A stretch of DNA of 64,000 nt from Psammoneis japonica (Eukaryota). The notes under the pieces were generated by a model that had not been told where the DNA came from, ran no database searches, and saw only the letters and a list, made by a program, of their open reading frames with translations. A program made the translations under genes and the position numbers. How positions within the stretch are numbered: the first letter of the stretch is position 1; the number at the start of each line of letters is the position of its first letter. Positions 61,449-64,000 of this stretch are shown one piece after another. The stretch spans positions 248,001-312,000 of the forward strand of contig QPGO01000061.1 of NCBI GenBank assembly GCA_008632985.1, read 5' to 3'.

Positions 61449-62984
61449 ATGACGGACGAATCATCCACACCCTCACCCAAGCGCAAGCGAGATCCTCAGA
61501 GGAACCATTACAATGGCGTCCGACTGTACCCTTGCATCTGCCGTGACAAAGACGAATGCAAACAAAGTATGAAGGACTTTATTGATGCTTCTGATCGAAA
61601 GCGGTGCGGTTATTATCACCTTCCTTGTGCCAGCAAGAGGAGGCCGTATGGAAGTGGCAATGTGAAGAGCAACAGCATGATAGAGGTGTCCTACCGCCAC
61701 CTTTTTGGGAACTCTTGTACACCGCCTAAATCTCCCGGCAACTATGAATACATTGGTTTCAACCATTTCCATCCTTCTATTTTAAAGGATGACAATGGGG
61801 GTCCTTTGGAGAATGTGGATTCAGAGACAGCGGAATTACTCAACTTCCACCGAAGCGACATTAAGGATGGGAACGAGGACAAGACTACGTACTACCCGGC
61901 ACCGACCTACACAAAGACCAATTACCTTCGAGATGCTAAGTCAGCCCGTGCATCATTGGATCCTATTGGATCATACCTTGATGATGATGGTGACACAAGG
62001 GAATTACCTCGTCCGCCACCAATTATCCGGAAAGTAGTAGCAGCGCAACGGCGTGCGGCATTTGATCCAGACGAAGCAGGAAAGGAGAACGTTCGGTTAA
62101 GAGAAGAGCTTGAGAGAGTGAATCAGTTACTTAATAATACATCACATGCCGCCAATGAACTAAAAGCACAGCTGAAAGACAAGGCCAAACAGTTGGAAGA
62201 CTGCGTGGCGCGGGAAGACGAGATTGCAGAGATGGGTGGACTGAGCCGGGAGAACCTGACAAGCAGCAAGTGGCATGAAGACCATAGCAAAATGGCAAAA
62301 CATCTCTGGGGTGTCGGATCATTTAAGGAAACAATGTGCTACATCACAAAAGTTTGGTTTCCTGATGTAGAGGAAAAACATGGAAAGGGAAAGGAGCACT
62401 TTACCGAGGCGGAAGAGGTTCTTATATGCATGATGACGATACATCGAGATTATCGGGTCGCAACGTTGGGATCGATTTGGCATCGCGATGGCAACAGTTG
62501 GTTTCCAAGAGTGGCACAGAAGTGGATGCCTCGCCTTGGTCAAGTTGGGCTTTACATGTCAATACTTGATTTGGACTTGATGCTGGATTACATACCAGCG
62601 CATGTCGCATCGTGTAACAACGTGCCTCATTCTAGCACCAGCGATCCACCTCAATACACATCATACATCACGGCGACCGTGCCTAGAAAGTTCAAAGACA
62701 AGGGGCATGAAAGAATCGCGGCGATTGTTGATGGCAAAATATTTATGACAGACACCGTGCGAGTCTGTACTGCTATTGATCGCTTGCTGTACAGCGAGAA
62801 AACTGATTCAAGCGGCGGCCTTTTAATGACGTGGTCAGCTCCAACCAGTTTAGTATTTGAGCACACTGGTCTCTACTTTGGGCGATGCCCTGAGAACAGA
62901 TTAATAGATTGTGGGGAACGGTTGACCCTGGCCAAATTTTGTTTGCGAACGAGCCATACTAGTGCTAGTTCTGGTAAAAGATGA
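61449..62984 (+). CDS. DDE transposase N-terminal part (PIF/Harbinger-ISL2EU-like), truncated
   Basis: N-terminal Cys cluster, coiled coil, HTH-like segment, AIVDG, LYSEK and YFGRCPE motifs. The later catalytic motifs are missing. Probable 5' UTR intron ~61252-61328. Confidence 0.6.
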   Translation: MTDESSTPSPKRKRDPQRNHYNGVRLYPCICRDKDECKQSMKDFIDASDRKRCGYYHLPCASKRRPYGSGNVKSNSMIEVSYRHLFGNSCTPPKSPGNYEYIGFNHFHPSILKDDNGGPLENVDSETAELLNFHRSDIKDGNEDKTTYYPAPTYTKTNYLRDAKSARASLDPIGSYLDDDGDTRELPRPPPIIRKVVAAQRRAAFDPDEAGKENVRLREELERVNQLLNNTSHAANELKAQLKDKAKQLEDCVAREDEIAEMGGLSRENLTSSKWHEDHSKMAKHLWGVGSFKETMCYITKVWFPDVEEKHGKGKEHFTEAEEVLICMMTIHRDYRVATLGSIWHRDGNSWFPRVAQKWMPRLGQVGLYMSILDLDLMLDYIPAHVASCNNVPHSSTSDPPQYTSYITATVPRKFKDKGHERIAAIVDGKIFMTDTVRVCTAIDRLLYSEKTDSSGGLLMTWSAPTSLVFEHTGLYFGRCPENRLIDCGERLTLAKFCLRTSHTSASSGKR

Positions 62985-63018
62985 AGTAAGTAAACGTAAT
63001 ACAAATTACGAGCTGCAG

Positions 63019-64000
63019 TCAGCTAGACTCTTTTCCCTCTGCGATTTTTTGTAGATCCGCCACTTTCTTCTTTGCTCTGTTATCCCGAGCTGTTTCTTTT
63101 CTCTTTCGAGCGGCTAATTTCTTTTCTTCAAATTCTTCAAAGTGAGATTTGTTAGCCGGATGCAGATTTGGATCCGGGGCATGGTATGGGGCATAGAGAT
63201 TGGCACGCCCTTGCGAGTAGTTGATGGCATGATGCAGATACGGGAAATGACCACTGGGTATAACATCTCGAACATACGCATCATCAATTACTCGCGTGAA
63301 GACGCCTTCGCTCGACCATCGAAGCGATTTGATTCCTTCATCCTCACCCACCTCAGCAATGTCATAGTGCTTCCCAACAAGGTGTTTTGGGCAGATCATC
63401 TCATTGCCATTAGGATACAAGCAAGATGTGTTGTTGAAATTCTTGTCCCCGCATACTTGATCATCTTCTTCAATTTTTAGCAGACGGTCCTTTTGGCGGA
63501 TTATGGACGGGTCCGTCACGTGCGTCAGTTGCTTCAACAAACGATCGCGGCAAGGCTTTGTAATTTCAGCATAGTGAGAGAGGAGCGTCCTTGGCAGGTT
63601 TCCTGCCTTCACTTCTTGGTGCAAGCGCTCTAGCATCTCCAATTGCTGACGCTTTGAGTCGAGAGACTCATTCGGCCCGCCCTTGCCTTCGAGCTTTTCC
63701 TTGTTCATGTTTCTTATCTTGTCCAAAGTCACCCGATGAGCGAAGTCTCGCTCTGTCTCTGTCAGTTCGGCCCTCTTTCTAGCCTTTGCAACCATTGCCT
63801 CTGTATTGGCGCATATTTGTATTGTCGGAGTTCCATCGTCGGCTTCATTTTGAGCTGCCATCTCAATGTTTTCATCTTCGTGATACCTTTCTCTGGAACC
63901 GTGCGTCTCAAAGAATGCCAGAGTCGCTCTTCCCTCAGCTTTTACCTCCTTCTCCACTTTGCTAGACTCAAAAGCTCCGGCCTCAAAAGGGATGGGATAC
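63019..64000 (-). CDS. DDE transposase C-terminal part, open to the window edge
   Basis: VCGDKNF...CP...EV...IKSLRWSSEGVFTRV resembles the ADKGF...R..VE..F.R motifs of DDE_Tnp_4 nucleases. Confidence 0.55.
   Translation of the reverse strand, partial: YPIPFEAGAFESSKVEKEVKAEGRATLAFFETHGSRERYHEDENIEMAAQNEADDGTPTIQICANTEAMVAKARKRAELTETERDFAHRVTLDKIRNMNKEKLEGKGGPNESLDSKRQQLEMLERLHQEVKAGNLPRTLLSHYAEITKPCRDRLLKQLTHVTDPSIIRQKDRLLKIEEDDQVCGDKNFNNTSCLYPNGNEMICPKHLVGKHYDIAEVGEDEGIKSLRWSSEGVFTRVIDDAYVRDVIPSGHFPYLHHAINYSQGRANLYAPYHAPDPNLHPANKSHFEEFEEKKLAARKRKETARDNRAKKKVADLQKIAEGKESS

Overview
Eukaryotic genomic DNA, most likely from a diatom. This is inferred from the CoDi-type Ty1/copia elements, short GT-AG introns and RxL/SMS secreted-protein motifs. 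Gene islands carry a tandem pair of secreted Cys-rich proteins, a cyclic-nucleotide-dependent kinase, a class-3 lipase, an EGF-containing membrane protein, a 4-TM protein, P5C dehydrogenase, a SAM methyltransferase, a DUF1764 protein, DIM1 and a mitochondrial carrier. These islands alternate with large repeat-derived blocks. The main signal is that these blocks have lost nearly all TpA dinucleotides through TA->TG and TA->CA transitions. Conserved Tyr residues of retrotransposon proteins and of an intron-containing Met-tRNA synthetase pseudogene now read Cys or His. The two LTRs of one full-length element differ only by transitions. This points to a post-insertion, two-strand, region-targeted A:T->G:C hypermutation process, the reverse direction of fungal RIP, acting alongside CpG decay. 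Also present are a MITE family with GACGYGTTCCAG ends and 4-bp TSDs, a nested MITE, a piggyBac-like MITE, and a DDE transposase whose two halves lie on opposite strands. All counts were made by eye and no database searches were run.
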